Assembly: GCA_963716175.1 (NCBI GenBank)
Contig: OY970296.1
Coordinates: forward strand, 2,208,001-2,272,000
Reading direction: 5' to 3'
From: an uncultured Armatimonadetes bacterium
GTDB lineage: Bacteria > Armatimonadota > Hebobacteria > Hebobacterales > Hebobacteraceae
DNA length: 64,000 nucleotides
Shown here: positions 46,455-57,330 of the stretch, piece after piece
Layout: every line of letters begins with the position of its first letter
Position numbering within the stretch: position 1 is the first letter of the stretch
The notes under the pieces: model-generated
The model's database searches: none
Told to the model about the DNA's origin: nothing
What the model saw: only the letters and a program-made list of their open reading frames with translations
Made by a program: the position numbers and the translations under genes

Positions 46455-49275
46455 TGAACCTGACGGAGGCCCAGCAGAGGATCATCGGCATCTCAGCTCC
46501 GGCGCTGCAGATCCTCGCTTGTGCCGGCTCCGGGAAAACTGAAGTGCTGGCCCGGCGAACGGTGCGGTACCTCCTTGAAGGTACGCCTCCAGAGACCATC
46601 GTCGCCTTCACCTTCACCGAGAAGGCGGCGGGCGAACTCAAGGACCGCATCGAGCGCCGCGCCGCCGAAGCCGATGTCCGCTTCGCGGCGCTGCCGCCCT
46701 CGGCTTCGGGGATGTTCGTCGGGACTATCCACAGCTATTGCCTGCGAGTGCTCCAGCAGTATGGCGGCCACTACGAGGCCTACGAGCCGCTCACGGAAGA
46801 GCGGGAATGGGCGCTGCTGCATCGGTTCGCGCGGCGGCTGGGCATGGTCGATCTGATGGAGCAGGCCTGGCCGGGCGCGCCGGTCTCGGTGCGGCGGGCG
46901 GTGGAAGTGTTCCGGCGGAGCATGGCCGTCGTCTGCAATGAACGCATCTCACCCGAAGTCCTGGAACAGCGCGCACCAGGGCTCGCAGAGGTGATGCGTC
47001 GCTACCGCGAGCTGCTTTCCGGGATGCGACTTCTCTCCTTCGATGAGATGGTCGACTCGGCCTGCGAGGAGCTAAGGCCGGGGGAAGACTCAGGGCAGTG
47101 CTCGATGGGAAGCTGCGGGAGGTGCTGGTGGATGAGTACCAGGACTTGAACCGAGCGCAGGAGGAGCTGCTGCAGCGCTTCCTGGAGATGGGCGCGCGGC
47201 TGACTGTGGTCGGCGATGATGACCAGGCGATCTACCAGTGGCGCGGTGGAGATGTCTCGCTGTTCCTCCGGTTCGTCGAGCGCTACGATTCGGCCCAGCG
47301 GCATGAGCTAGCAGAAAACCATCGCAGCTTGCCTGCCATCGTGCACACCGCGGCCGGCTTCGCGGAGAGTATTCATGAGCGAGTATGCAAGGCGATGTCC
47401 CCGGCGCGTGCGGAGGAATGCCCTGCGGTGGAGATGATGGCGGCCGGCACCGTGGAGGCGGAAGCCGAAGCCCTAACGCGGCGCATCTGCACACTCATCC
47501 AGAACGGCCATCGACCTGCCGACATCGTTGCGCTCTTCCGCTCTGTGCGCACGTCCGCGCGGCCGTTCGTGGCGGCGCTAAGGCGAGCGGGTGTGAGGGT
47601 GGCGTTAGTCGGAAAGCTCTCGCTGCTGGATCGCCCTGAGATGGCGCTGCTCGCGCGTATCTTCGTGCTCTGGGTCGGCGGCACATGGTACCCCGACGAG
47701 GCGCAGGAGGTGGTCACGCCAGAGCGGCTCGCCAGGGACACTGCAGACCTCACCGGCGTCAGCGATGTGGACGCCACACGCATCGTCGGCAAGCTAGAGC
47801 GGATGGGCGAGGAGCTACGGGCGACCGAGGTTCGCGACCTGGTCGGCACGTACCTGACGATGCTCCAGCTCATCGGCCTTCCGATCGATGAACCAGAGCG
47901 CGCTCGACAGGAGCAGGGCCTGGGACGCCTCTCGGAGCTGCTGGCGGACTTCGAGCACGCGCAGCGCCGACTCATACCGGCGGGGCTGTTCGCACAACCT
48001 CAGCCGTCTGCGGCTGAGGAGACTGCTGAGGACAATCTGCTGCTGGCTGAGGCCGAGGCAGCACCGTCCATTCGTATGGAGCGGACGCGCGGCGAGGTGT
48101 TCCTCGTGCGCCTGCGAGTCTTCCTGGAGGAGTTCGCGGCGCAAGCAGCGGAAGAGGCGCCCGAGCGCCCGACGCTCGACGAAGGCGCGGTGAACGTAAT
48201 GACCGTTCACCAGTCCAAGGGACTGGAGTTCCCCATTGTCTTCGTCCCGTGCCTGGTGGAGCGGCGCTTCCCATCCGCCCGGATGGGGCAGGCGCAACGC
48301 TGGCACATACCCGACGACCTCTTCGACAGAGCGCGCTATGAGGGCCGCGAGGACGACGAGCGGCGCCTCCTCTACGTGGCTATGACTCGGGCCCAGGAGC
48401 TGCTGGTGCTGAGCTGGTTCACCCAGTACGCGAGCGGGCCGGCAACGCCCTCACGCTTCCTGCAGGATCTCATGCCTGCGCGACAGCACTTGGCGCATCC
48501 TGGCATGTGCACCCCAACTGTCCGTCCTGGCCCCGAGGGTGGCGAGGCCGTCATCGACACCGACTTCGCAGCCCTCCTTACCTTCAGCGAATGTCCCTAC
48601 CGATACCGTCTTCGCTATGTGTGCGGGTTCCAGCCGCCCATCGATCCAGCCCTGGGCTTCGGCCGTCTCTTGCATCACACAGTGGCCGAGCTTGCTCGCC
48701 TGGGGCAGCGCGGCCGCGCACCGACAACTGAGGATGTGGACGAGATCCTGCAGAGGTCGTTCTACCTGCCGTTCGCCGGGCTCGGCTCGCGGGAGCGCCT
48801 CTACCGGTCGGCCCGGCAACGCCTGAGGAAGTACGTCCGGAGATACGGCGAGGAACTCGTGCGCACAGCCGAGCCGGAGCGGCGCTTCGAGGTTCCATTG
48901 GAGGCCGCTCGTGTCCGCGGTCGCATCGATCTGGTCTTGAGCGCGGACGGGGGCAGTCGAGAGGTGGAGCTGATCGATTTCAAGACGGCCGTCAACCGTC
49001 CCCCAAGCGAGCATCACAAGAACCAGCTCCGCGTCTACGCGGCTGCGATGCGGACGCTGGGTTACCGGCCAGTGCGTCTCTGGATTCATGACCTTGACAG
49101 CGATGAAAGCCGGCGCGTGCTTGTCGAAGAAGACGAGAGGCAGGCCGCGCAATTCCGAGGCCTGATGCAGGGGTGGATCAACGGCGTCCGCGGGGGCCAG
49201 TTCCCCCGCGTCAAGGATCGGGCAGCTTGCAGGGGCTGCGACTTCACGCGCCTCTGCCCTCGACCGTTCGAGTAG
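46451..49275 (+). pseudogene. UvrD/REP helicase fused to a PD-(D/E)XK Fe-S nuclease, split by a 1-nt frameshift
   Basis: ACAGSGKT and FTEKAA in one frame. DEYQD, GDDDQAIY, TVHQSKGLE, YVAMTRA, GRID..DFK and CxxCxxxxxC in the other. One extra G in the run at 47080-47084 joins them. Confidence 0.85.
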
Positions 49276-49488
49276 CGCAGGCGGATCTGAGTGGCACGAG
49301 AGCCAGCGCTGGTGAACGCCGCCATGATGCTAGTTCCGCACCTCGCGAGAGAACTGGCGTTATGTGCCAGCCGCTAGTCCGCTCACGGGCGCCGTGGACA
49401 GGACCCCTGGTCGACGTAGCCGCACGCAGGAGCACGGCCTCACGGGGCGAACAGGAAATGCACTTATAGCATCTTCGGAGGGAATGGC

Positions 49489-50712
49489 ATGACGTCGCTC
49501 TGTTCGCGCAGCGCCCGAGTTGTCTGCATCGCGCTTGTTCTGACGCTACTTCTGACCGTGCTGGTTGTCGCTGCCCCGTTGCCAGACGGGGCGCGAGTCG
49601 TGTTTCTTGGCGACTCCATTACCGAGCAGCTGATCTACACGCGTTACGTCATGGACTACTTCGCCTTGCGCTACCCGGACCTGAAGATCACGTTTCGCAA
49701 TGCCGGCTGGAGCGGGGATACCGCGTCTGGCGGGCTGGAGAGGCTGCAGCGCGATGTGCTCAGCCTCGAGCCAACTGTCGTGACGATCTGCTTCGGCATG
49801 AACGACGGCGGCTACACCAGTTTCGAGCAGGACCGCTATGACCGATATCTCAAGGCCATGACCGGGCTGGTACAGACACTAAAGAGCAGAGGCGTTCGGG
49901 TGATCCTCCTCACGCCAGGTGTAGTGGATGAAGACATCGACAACAAAGGTTACAATGCGACGCTCGCCCGCTACGCGCAGGGCGTCATGGAGCTGGCCGG
50001 GCAGAACCAAGTGGCAGTCTTCGACATCAACGCCCTGATGGATGACGTGCAGGCGCAGGCGAAGCGCGACGATCCCAAGTTCACCATGATTCCCGATTCG
50101 GTACACCCGGACGCGCCGGGGCAGGCTCTGATGGCCTACGGGCTGCTCAGGGCGCTCGGCGCCGATCAGCCAGCTGCCAGCGCGAGCATCGACGCGGTCG
50201 CGAAGCGGGTGGCGGTCGACCGGGCGGTGGTGAAGGACCTGAAGGTCACTCCCCAGTCCATCACATTCACGCGCATTGACCGCTCCTTTCCCGCCTACTT
50301 CGATTCCGGGGCAGCCGCCGTGTTTCCGTATGCGCCGATCCAGCAGGATCTGAACCGGTATTGGTTCCAGGTGACCGGGCTGCAGCCTGGAAGCTGGAGG
50401 CTCACCGTGGAAGGTTTCGAGGTCGGCGTCTTCTCGGCCGAAGATCTGGCGAAAGGCGTAGAGCTAGGTTCCCGGCCCGGCCCCTGGAAGAGACTCGGGG
50501 AGCGAGTGGACGAGACGGTGGCCAGGCAGGAGTGGATCTACCGCGCACGCTGGAAACAGCTCGAAGTGTTGCTGCGCGTACCTAAGGAGGCTCAGCCGGA
50601 GAAGGTGGCCCTGGAGCGGAAGCTCGATCAGGCTCTGAGCCAACAGGAGGACGAGCGCGCGGGCTTGGTCGCGCCGCATCCCTGGCAATGGGGGCTCGCG
50701 CTCGTTCGATGA
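49489..50712 (+). CDS. Secreted SGNH/GDSL hydrolase
   Basis: Signal peptide, FLGDSIT, NAGWSG, FGMND, DSVHP. Confidence 0.9.
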   Translation: MTSLCSRSARVVCIALVLTLLLTVLVVAAPLPDGARVVFLGDSITEQLIYTRYVMDYFALRYPDLKITFRNAGWSGDTASGGLERLQRDVLSLEPTVVTICFGMNDGGYTSFEQDRYDRYLKAMTGLVQTLKSRGVRVILLTPGVVDEDIDNKGYNATLARYAQGVMELAGQNQVAVFDINALMDDVQAQAKRDDPKFTMIPDSVHPDAPGQALMAYGLLRALGADQPAASASIDAVAKRVAVDRAVVKDLKVTPQSITFTRIDRSFPAYFDSGAAAVFPYAPIQQDLNRYWFQVTGLQPGSWRLTVEGFEVGVFSAEDLAKGVELGSRPGPWKRLGERVDETVARQEWIYRARWKQLEVLLRVPKEAQPEKVALERKLDQALSQQEDERAGLVAPHPWQWGLALVR

Positions 50713-50932
50713 CCGGATCGGCTGTGTGATCGCTCTGCGGTGACATTGCCCGCAACGTCTCCAGCAGGGCATACCCTCTTGCTTCAGATCACTGCCTCCT
50801 CTGGGGTGAGGCGTTGCCCAAGGAGACGGAGGGTGGCCGACCGAGTTGAGAGCAGGTGTTCGTCCCAGCGTCAGCACGTACAACGCGGCTTGGCAGTTGC
50901 ACTGTTGCACGACGTCCAAGCGCATCGCCGAT

Positions 50933-50976
50933 GCCCCGGCCACCCTCCGACTCCGGCTACCCCCTCGGCTGGGAGT
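50933..50976 (-). repeat. Hairpin repeat family copy
   Basis: GCCCCGGCCACCCTCCGACTCCGGCTACCCCCTCGGCTGGGAGT. Confidence 0.75.
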
Positions 50977-51157
50977 GGTGCGGACCGGATACACTTGCAA
51001 GAGCAGCAGGGAAGCCCTGGGCTCAGCAGAAGCGAAGCCCCCGTCTGGGCACGGGTGACCGCGGCGTGTGGTCTGCCTTGGCGCGGGATTCCAGCCCGGC
51101 ATCAGGAGGGGCTTCCTCCCAGCAATCAGTGCTCAGGAGAATGAGGAGGGTGTACAG

Positions 51158-51649
51158 ATGAAAGGGCTACGTTCGGTCGCGTTGGTGCTTGGGCTGGCCG
51201 CCGCTTTGGCGGCCCCGGCCCTGTCCGGTCAGCGGGGTGGTGGCGGCCGTCGGGGCGGAGGTGGTGGACAGGGCGACAGCATGAAGGCCCTGCTCGACCG
51301 CCTTGGGTTCACCGAGCAGGAGCTGGCCGCGGTGCAGAAGAGCATGGAGGCCAAGTCCAAGGCTCGTCAGACACTCGAGGACGAACTCGGTAAGCTGCGC
51401 GAGGTCGCCGGCAATGACAAGTCCACCGACCAGCAGCTGCGTGGGGCCATCGACAGCTACACCAAGGCCCTGGCGCGATACCGGGAGACAGTGCGGACCG
51501 AGGATCGCTCCCTCTCAGGCCGCCTCTCAGTAAGGAGCCGGGCGCGCTGCCTAGCAGCCGGGGCCCTTGACAACGGACTTGGCATGGGTGGTGGAGGGCG
51601 CGGCGGTGGAGGCGGAAGGCGTGAAGGTGGGGGCGGACGGCGGCCATAG
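51158..51649 (+). CDS. Exported Gly-rich helical protein (Spy/CpxP-like architecture)
   Basis: Signal peptide, GGGGR termini, LGFTEQE helical core, strong RBS. Confidence 0.6.
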   Translation: MKGLRSVALVLGLAAALAAPALSGQRGGGGRRGGGGGQGDSMKALLDRLGFTEQELAAVQKSMEAKSKARQTLEDELGKLREVAGNDKSTDQQLRGAIDSYTKALARYRETVRTEDRSLSGRLSVRSRARCLAAGALDNGLGMGGGGRGGGGGRREGGGGRRP

Positions 51650-51775
51650 CCCACTCCTCCAAGAGCCAGCCTGAAGGCGACTGCCGAGCCGACGGGGTGA
51701 ACGACTGGAGAGCTGTGGCAGCCGGTCGCGGGCGCCAGCGGTTCTGCCCCCAGTGCCCGGTTGCACCTGTCGGCC

Positions 51776-51853
51776 GCCCGTGAAGCCGGTCCCGGCCGCC
51801 CCCAACTCCGGTTACCCCCTCGGCTTGGAGTCGTTGACTCCGGGTTTCGTCGC
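51776..51853 (-). repeat. Hairpin repeat family copy, gene-downstream subtype
   Basis: GCCCGTGAAGCCGG + CCCGGCCGCCCCCAACTCCGGTTACCCCCTCGGCTTGGAGTC. Confidence 0.8.
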
Positions 51854-51864
51854 GGATGCGTCCG

Positions 51865-52761
51865 TCAGAGCTTCCACCTGTCTCGCTCAATCAACGGGGT
51901 CTTGAAGCTAGCTGAGATGCGCCCGGTTCTCTCGAGATGATCCAGGCAGGCGCGCACGCACCCGCGACCGACGCAGATGGCGAGATGCCGGAATCGGTCT
52001 AGCAGGAACTGATTGTAGCTTGGCTGTTCACCCTCGGATTCCGAGCCCGCCCAGAAGGGCGAGAAGCGCGGGTCGCGCCCCGCGTGCACGCGTCCACATG
52101 CCTCGGCGTCCAGGGGCGCGTGGGAGAACTCACGTCCCTCAATTGCGAATCGGACCTCCCGGCAGGTGCCGATGGCGTGGGCCTCGCACTCGTTGACGCA
52201 GGCCAGGCAACCGTCGCAGATCTGTTCCCTGGAAAGCGGGGTCGGGCAAAGCTGGGCATCCGTCAGGACCGCAAACACACGCTGCCGCGGGCCGTACTGG
52301 GGGGTCAGCAAGAGCTTCGAATGGCCCAACTCGCCCAACCCAGCCGCAACCCCGGCCACCCGCAGAGACATCATGCCATCGGGCCCTGCCGGCTGGTCAG
52401 CCCGCACCCGTCTGCCGACGTGCGACATGAAGGGATTGTGGACCGGCACGCTGGTGAAACCAGATTCCTCCAGGAGCAGGACTACCTCTCGCAGCACTCG
52501 GGGCGCGATGACCTCATTGAGGTACCAGTACGAGTCGCAATTGTACGCCTGCCAGTAGGTGCCCTCCTCCACCGCCTTGAGTGTGCCCCGCGGCTGCCGC
52601 ATGGCCACCGCCACCACCGTTTCCGTCTGGGGGAAGATGGTGTGTGGGTGCAACTCGGGTGGCGCGCCCGCGAAGCGAGAGATGGGGGCAAAGCCAACAA
52701 GGTCAGCGCCAGCGGCGGCGGCGACATTCCGCACCTCGTCGGTCAGGCTCTGCACGGTCAT
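51865..52761 (-). CDS. Epoxyqueuosine reductase-like Fe-S protein
   Basis: GADLVGFA, AAGLGELG.S.LLLTP.YGPRQR..VLTDA, CDGC.AC..EC, C.GCVRAC. Confidence 0.8.
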   Translation of the reverse strand: MTVQSLTDEVRNVAAAAGADLVGFAPISRFAGAPPELHPHTIFPQTETVVAVAMRQPRGTLKAVEEGTYWQAYNCDSYWYLNEVIAPRVLREVVLLLEESGFTSVPVHNPFMSHVGRRVRADQPAGPDGMMSLRVAGVAAGLGELGHSKLLLTPQYGPRQRVFAVLTDAQLCPTPLSREQICDGCLACVNECEAHAIGTCREVRFAIEGREFSHAPLDAEACGRVHAGRDPRFSPFWAGSESEGEQPSYNQFLLDRFRHLAICVGRGCVRACLDHLERTGRISASFKTPLIERDRWKL

Positions 52762-52899
52762 CCGGAAGCCTCCGTGGTGAGTCTGCGTCTTCCTGGATTC
52801 TCGCGCGGCCAGGCCCAACTGTCAAAAGACCGTCTGCGTATGGTGTCCGCCATGCTATCAGAAGGAGTGCCTGCTCCTGCCGGAAAAGGGCTATGCCCA

Positions 52900-53141
52900 A
52901 CGGCCCCGGCACCCCGACTCCGGCTGCCCCCTCCACGCGGGGTCACGCTCTGGGGTTCCATCGCGCCTGGGCACAGCAGCCGCGCCACGGCGGCGATCAC
53001 CGGCAGCCCCCCAGCCGAATCCTGCGTCGCTGCCCGTCTGTATGTTCTATCCCTCGCGGAACAGAGGTGCCAGTGAGTGCCGAGAATACCACGAGAGAGG
53101 GTGTGCGAGCGTCCTGAAAGCCAGATGAGTCTCTGGACAGC
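52900..53141 (-). repeat. Long repeat unit (promoter + leader + hairpin), copy A
   Basis: Shares the hairpin, GAACAG.GGT, GAGAATACCACGA and GATGAGT..GACAGC blocks with the units at 54971 and 59669. Confidence 0.8.
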
Positions 53142-53275
53142 GCGGGCATACCGCCGCGTTGGTTGGTCTCGTCGGGCCGCACTCAGCGAGAGCGGGATGA
53201 GGTAACGGCCCTCTCCACCCTCGGGGCCTGGGCGCGCGCCCCGTGGGCAACGCGGTACAGGCTTCCGGGGGGGTA

Positions 53276-53536
53276 TCAGTAGGTACTCGTCCAGCTACTC
53301 GAGTCGGGCTCGGGCGGAGGAAGATCGCGCGGGGCAGCGACGTGGACCTGGGAAACCAACTCCGTGACGCTCCGATCCTGGTCAGGGGAGCGCCCGCCCA
53401 GATCCTTCTCTGTGGGTTCTTCTTCGAGCTCCTTGAGACGGCAGCAGCAACACAGAAGCCGACCGTCGTTCGCCTCCGCGAGCTCGTAATCGGGGACTTG
53501 CTTACCGCACTCCCAGCACTCGGTTCCGGCGCTCAT
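53276..53536 (-). CDS. Small Cys-rich hypothetical protein
   Basis: CWECG...LLCCCC. GAGGAAGG RBS and a TGGTATAAT -10 box at about 53609-53617. Confidence 0.45.
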   Translation of the reverse strand: MSAGTECWECGKQVPDYELAEANDGRLLCCCCRLKELEEEPTEKDLGGRSPDQDRSVTELVSQVHVAAPRDLPPPEPDSSSWTSTY

Positions 53537-53698
53537 GGCCCTTCCTCAAGCTGCTGGCAACACGGGTGGGAGAAGGCTGCAGTAGTGCTGCGGCGTAGGC
53601 TAGTCTGCATTATACCACGGCGTGCCTGAGACTGCCACGGGCTAGGAGAAGAACTTGCCGGCGAGCCCGCTGAGGTGCATCCACGTGTCTTTCCAACT

Positions 53699-53751
53699 GC
53701 CCGTGAAGCCGGCCCCGGCCACCCCCTCGGCTGGAGTCACTGTCCGGGGTT
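53699..53751 (-). repeat. Hairpin repeat family copy, gene-downstream subtype (internally deleted)
   Basis: GCCCGTGAAGCCGGCCCCGGCCACCCCCTCGGCTGGAGTC...GGGGTT, abutting the stop codon. Confidence 0.8.
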
Positions 53752-54921
53752 CTAGGACTGCACGCGCTCCGTAATCCGCAGCACGCGATCGAAGCTCCCC
53801 TCCGCCGGCATGGTGTCGGCGATCCCGAGGATCAGGCGGGTGCAGCCGCGCGCCAGGGAGACGGCCTCGTCGACGAGGCGCTCGAAGTCGGCCTCGCTCA
53901 TCGCGCCCTCTATCATGGCAACAGAGGGGATTCCGCCCCAGATGGTGGTGCCGGGGAGTTCGCCGATCAACCGTGAGAGCGAGAGCTTCGTCATCGGCGC
54001 CGGGCAGAGCGAATCGGCGATGTCGAAGCCGGCGCGGCGGTAAAGCGGTAGCAGGCCCGCGTTCTCCCCGTCGGTGTGGGTGAGCAAGAGCCTGCCGTGT
54101 GCGTGGGCGAGGTCCGCCGCCTTTCGGAGCCATGGCAGAATGTGCCTCTCGAAAAACGGCGGATAGGTGATGGTGTCGTCGTAGTTGCCGCCCCAGAAGA
54201 TGATCTCCGAGGGGCTCGCCACCAGCGCCTGCAGGGTGGCGTCGAACCAGGGCGACATGCTTTCCGCCAACACGCTCATCTCGTCAGGCCGGTCGTGCAG
54301 CTCCAAGAAGAAATCCGTCATGGGGATCAGATCGCGCATGATCTGGTGCATTGGCGAAGCCGCGCCGTTGCCGAATGCCACCGCGACCCCGTCCTCTCCA
54401 ACCCAGTCGCGCCAGGCGCGGTAGCCCGCGTCGGCCAGCGCCGTCTCTAGGTTCTCGAAGATGTACCTCAGTACTCGATAGTCGTCGGGCCTCTTCAGGA
54501 CGTGTTCATCCACCCAGGCGATCGTGACACCGGACCGTTTCATCTCGTCGGTGTAGGTGAAACGGCAGGTCACGTCGCCCACGGGTGTGTGATAGGTCAC
54601 GCGGGTGGCGCCGCCGTCGCGGTGGACCTCGCGCTCGACATTGTACATACGCGTCTCGAAGGGCATTTCCGTGAGCCGGTAGATGCCCAGGCCGCGGTCA
54701 ACGACATCCTCGGGCCAATCTCCCAGGAAGTTCGGCACCACCGCGTGATAGCCGACGCCAAGCGACCTCGTGATCTCCCGCAGAGATAGGCCGCGATAGG
54801 CCTGCGGCAGAGTGCCTGACCGGGACCGCGCGTTGTACCAGAGATCGAGCCGCGGCACCCAGAGAACGCGATCAGAAGGCTGGCCGCGGCAGGCGGCGAG
54901 GATTCGCTGCCTATGGGTCAT
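53752..54921 (-). CDS. Uroporphyrinogen decarboxylase / MtaA-like family protein
   Basis: MTHRQRILAA.RG..SDR, YHTPVG, PPFFE..ILPW, HTDG, IWGGIP. Confidence 0.82.
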   Translation of the reverse strand: MTHRQRILAACRGQPSDRVLWVPRLDLWYNARSRSGTLPQAYRGLSLREITRSLGVGYHAVVPNFLGDWPEDVVDRGLGIYRLTEMPFETRMYNVEREVHRDGGATRVTYHTPVGDVTCRFTYTDEMKRSGVTIAWVDEHVLKRPDDYRVLRYIFENLETALADAGYRAWRDWVGEDGVAVAFGNGAASPMHQIMRDLIPMTDFFLELHDRPDEMSVLAESMSPWFDATLQALVASPSEIIFWGGNYDDTITYPPFFERHILPWLRKAADLAHAHGRLLLTHTDGENAGLLPLYRRAGFDIADSLCPAPMTKLSLSRLIGELPGTTIWGGIPSVAMIEGAMSEADFERLVDEAVSLARGCTRLILGIADTMPAEGSFDRVLRITERVQS

Positions 54922-54970
54922 GCTGTCTGCTTCGTTCTCCTGGGCGCGCCTGCCTGCCGAACCCTCCTGG

Positions 54971-55228
54971 GCGACGGCCCCGGCCATCCCCCGACTCCGG
55001 CTACCGCCTCAGTTTGGAGTCAACGCTCGGGGTTCAGTCGCGTGTGGGATGTGACCAGCCGGGGCACAATAGGGGCCGGAGCGCTCGAGGCCCTACCCGG
55101 TCCAGTCCGGGATCGACATCCTCGCCTATCCTCTGTGCCTCCCGGAACAGGGGTATCAGTGGATGCAGAGAATACCACGACTGAGGCTGCAGGTGGCGTC
55201 CTGGGAGCCGGATGAGTTGCTGGACGGC
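54971..55228 (-). repeat. Long repeat unit, copy B
   Basis: Same blocks as copies A and C. Confidence 0.8.
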
Positions 55229-55478
55229 GCGGGACGCGCATGGCGGCGAGATCATCGTCGATAGCACCGCGGACGTGGGCACGAGATTCCGCATCAGATT
55301 GCCTCTGTCTCGGCCCGCGCGCTGACGTTCCCAGCGGGCGCGAACAGCTAGCGGACGCTCGCGAAGACAGAATCTGGCTGCAGCATGCAGAAGCTACTGC
55401 CTGGAAGGTTCGATGCCGGGCTTGGTCACCTACCGTTCGTGGTTAGGTGCAGGGCTAGACTCAGTAGGAGGGCTCCAA

Positions 55479-55925
55479 ATGCTCAAGGACTTCAAGGAGT
55501 TTGCGCTACGGGGAAGCGTCGTTGACATGGCCGTCGGGATCATTGTTGGCGCGGCTTTCGGCGTGATCATCAAGTCCTTGGTCTCGGACATCATCATGCC
55601 GCCCATCGGCCTGCTCTTGGGTAAGGTCGACTTCACCAACCTCTTCGTGGTCCTCAAGGCCGGCAAGGAGGCGGGACCCTACCTGTCGTTGGCTGACGCC
55701 CAAAGAGTTGGCGCGGTCACCCTGAACTACGGGGCCTTCATCAACACCATCATCAGTTTCGTCATCATTGCCTTTGCGGTCTTTCTGCTGATACGACAGG
55801 TGAACAGACTCAAGCGGGAAGCGGCGCCTGCGCCGGCTACCAAGGAGTGCCCATACTGCTTCTCCTCAGTCGCACTCAAGGCCACCCGCTGCCCACACTG
55901 CACCTCTGAGCTGCGTTCTGCCTAG
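55479..55925 (+). CDS. mscL: Large-conductance mechanosensitive channel with a C-terminal zinc ribbon
   Basis: [23 protein letters not shown]...[17 protein letters not shown]...CPHC. Confidence 0.95.
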   Translation: MLKDFKEFALRGSVVDMAVGIIVGAAFGVIIKSLVSDIIMPPIGLLLGKVDFTNLFVVLKAGKEAGPYLSLADAQRVGAVTLNYGAFINTIISFVIIAFAVFLLIRQVNRLKREAAPAPATKECPYCFSSVALKATRCPHCTSELRSA

Positions 55926-56135
55926 AGAGGGACAGGTGTCAGTGGGCCGAGCAGGGCCGCAGTCAGGAGTGGCCCTGCCGCCTGTCAACTGAGGTGAATG
56001 GGATATTCGCCGCTCGGGCTGGTTCGGGGATCATCAGGCTGAGTTAGCCGGCGGCCGAGTGGCGAGGATTCTGTCGCCGTGAAGACGGCCGGGTTCTGTG
56101 AGTCCGGGCATACGGCTGCGAAAGGAGGTTCACCG

Positions 56136-56879
56136 ATGTCTAGGCGTGTGCAGAGAGTAGTCCTTGGCAGCGTCTTGCTACTGGCGCTGCTCGGAGTCGC
56201 TGCGGTGTTCGCGGCTCCCCCGGTATCGTTCGGTTCAGCCACGCGTGATGGGCGCCGGGTAGGCGAGGTGGTGATTGGGAACAGCGCGGTCATCGTGCTC
56301 CGTACCACCGAGTCCGGCCGCTCTCCTCTGGAGCGCGCGGAGATCGTGGCCAACAGATTGCGGGCTGCATTGGCTGCCGAGGCCAAGCCGGAACAGGTGC
56401 AGGTACGCTCGGTTCGTTCCACGCCCACAGTGTACGTAAGCGACATGCCCATCGTCCCGGTGAGCAAACAGGAGGCGAAGGCGAACCGCGCAACGCCGGC
56501 CGGCCTGGCGAAGCGCTGGCGTGACAACCTAGTTCTCGCCCTGGGAGGAAAAGCGGGAGAGAAGGCGGCGCCGACAGCTACCCCGCCCGCTCCAGTGAGC
56601 GTGCAGACCGCGGCAACGGACTGGAATTCGACCGCTCAGAAGTGGGTGCCGATCTTCAGCTTGGAGAGCGAGGGGGTCTACCTGGGGGCCGCACAAGTGG
56701 CAGGGCCCAAGTCACAAGTCGAGAAGGTGAAGGGCGTAGCTGAGCTCAGGCTGAACGTCGAGGGATTCGCCCGAGTGTACGCTTATGTCCCGGTCTCCAC
56801 CATCAGCGTGAGCAAGCTGTCGCGAGTGCAGGGCGTCAGCGTATGGGCGGTGGGCGATCTCGCCCTGGCGAAGTTCTGA
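56136..56879 (+). CDS. Exported hypothetical protein
   Basis: Signal peptide. The C-terminus (VPIFS..GVYLGAAQVAG...V) is paralogous to the next gene. Confidence 0.7.
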   Translation: MSRRVQRVVLGSVLLLALLGVAAVFAAPPVSFGSATRDGRRVGEVVIGNSAVIVLRTTESGRSPLERAEIVANRLRAALAAEAKPEQVQVRSVRSTPTVYVSDMPIVPVSKQEAKANRATPAGLAKRWRDNLVLALGGKAGEKAAPTATPPAPVSVQTAATDWNSTAQKWVPIFSLESEGVYLGAAQVAGPKSQVEKVKGVAELRLNVEGFARVYAYVPVSTISVSKLSRVQGVSVWAVGDLALAKF

Positions 56880-56898
56880 GGCATACGGGGAGACAGAA

Positions 56899-57330
56899 AT
56901 GGGAATACATCGCGTCATTGCTATCGCGCTCTTGCTCTGTCTGGTCCTGGGCATGGCTACCGTGGCGGCGGCCAAGCTCGACCTGGGAGGCCTGCTGAAG
57001 ATCGGCGGGATCGCCTTCCTGGTGACCCAGTATGGGGACAAGATCAACAGCGTCATAGATGGAGCCCTCGGCGAACGAGAGGCCGCGGCGAAGGGCGCGA
57101 CCAAGGTGGTGCCTATCCTCTCCCTGGGAGGAGGCGGCTACATCGGCGCCGCCCAAGTCGTGGGGAGCCCGGAGAGCGTGAGCCGGGTGAAGGCGGTGTT
57201 CCAGGTAGAGGGCCGCATCGGCAGCTTCCGACCCCGCATCTTCATCCCGACCTATGTCGAGAAAGCGGCTGGCACCCCGGAGCGGGCGAAAGGCGTGGGC
57301 ATCTCGGCCGTGATCGAGTTCAAGATCTGA
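56899..57330 (+). CDS. Exported hypothetical protein
   Basis: Signal peptide and TKVVPILSLG.GGYIGAAQVVG...GVGISAVI. Confidence 0.75.
   Translation: MGIHRVIAIALLLCLVLGMATVAAAKLDLGGLLKIGGIAFLVTQYGDKINSVIDGALGEREAAAKGATKVVPILSLGGGGYIGAAQVVGSPESVSRVKAVFQVEGRIGSFRPRIFIPTYVEKAAGTPERAKGVGISAVIEFKI

Noticed and set aside
48560-49275. Cas4 or a CRISPR adaptation module
   Set aside because: The Fe-S nuclease is the C-terminal domain of the UvrD protein, with no cas1/cas2 or array nearby.
55204-55216. GAGCCGGATGAG as group II intron domain V
   Set aside because: The rest of the DV hairpin, DVI and any reverse transcriptase are absent.
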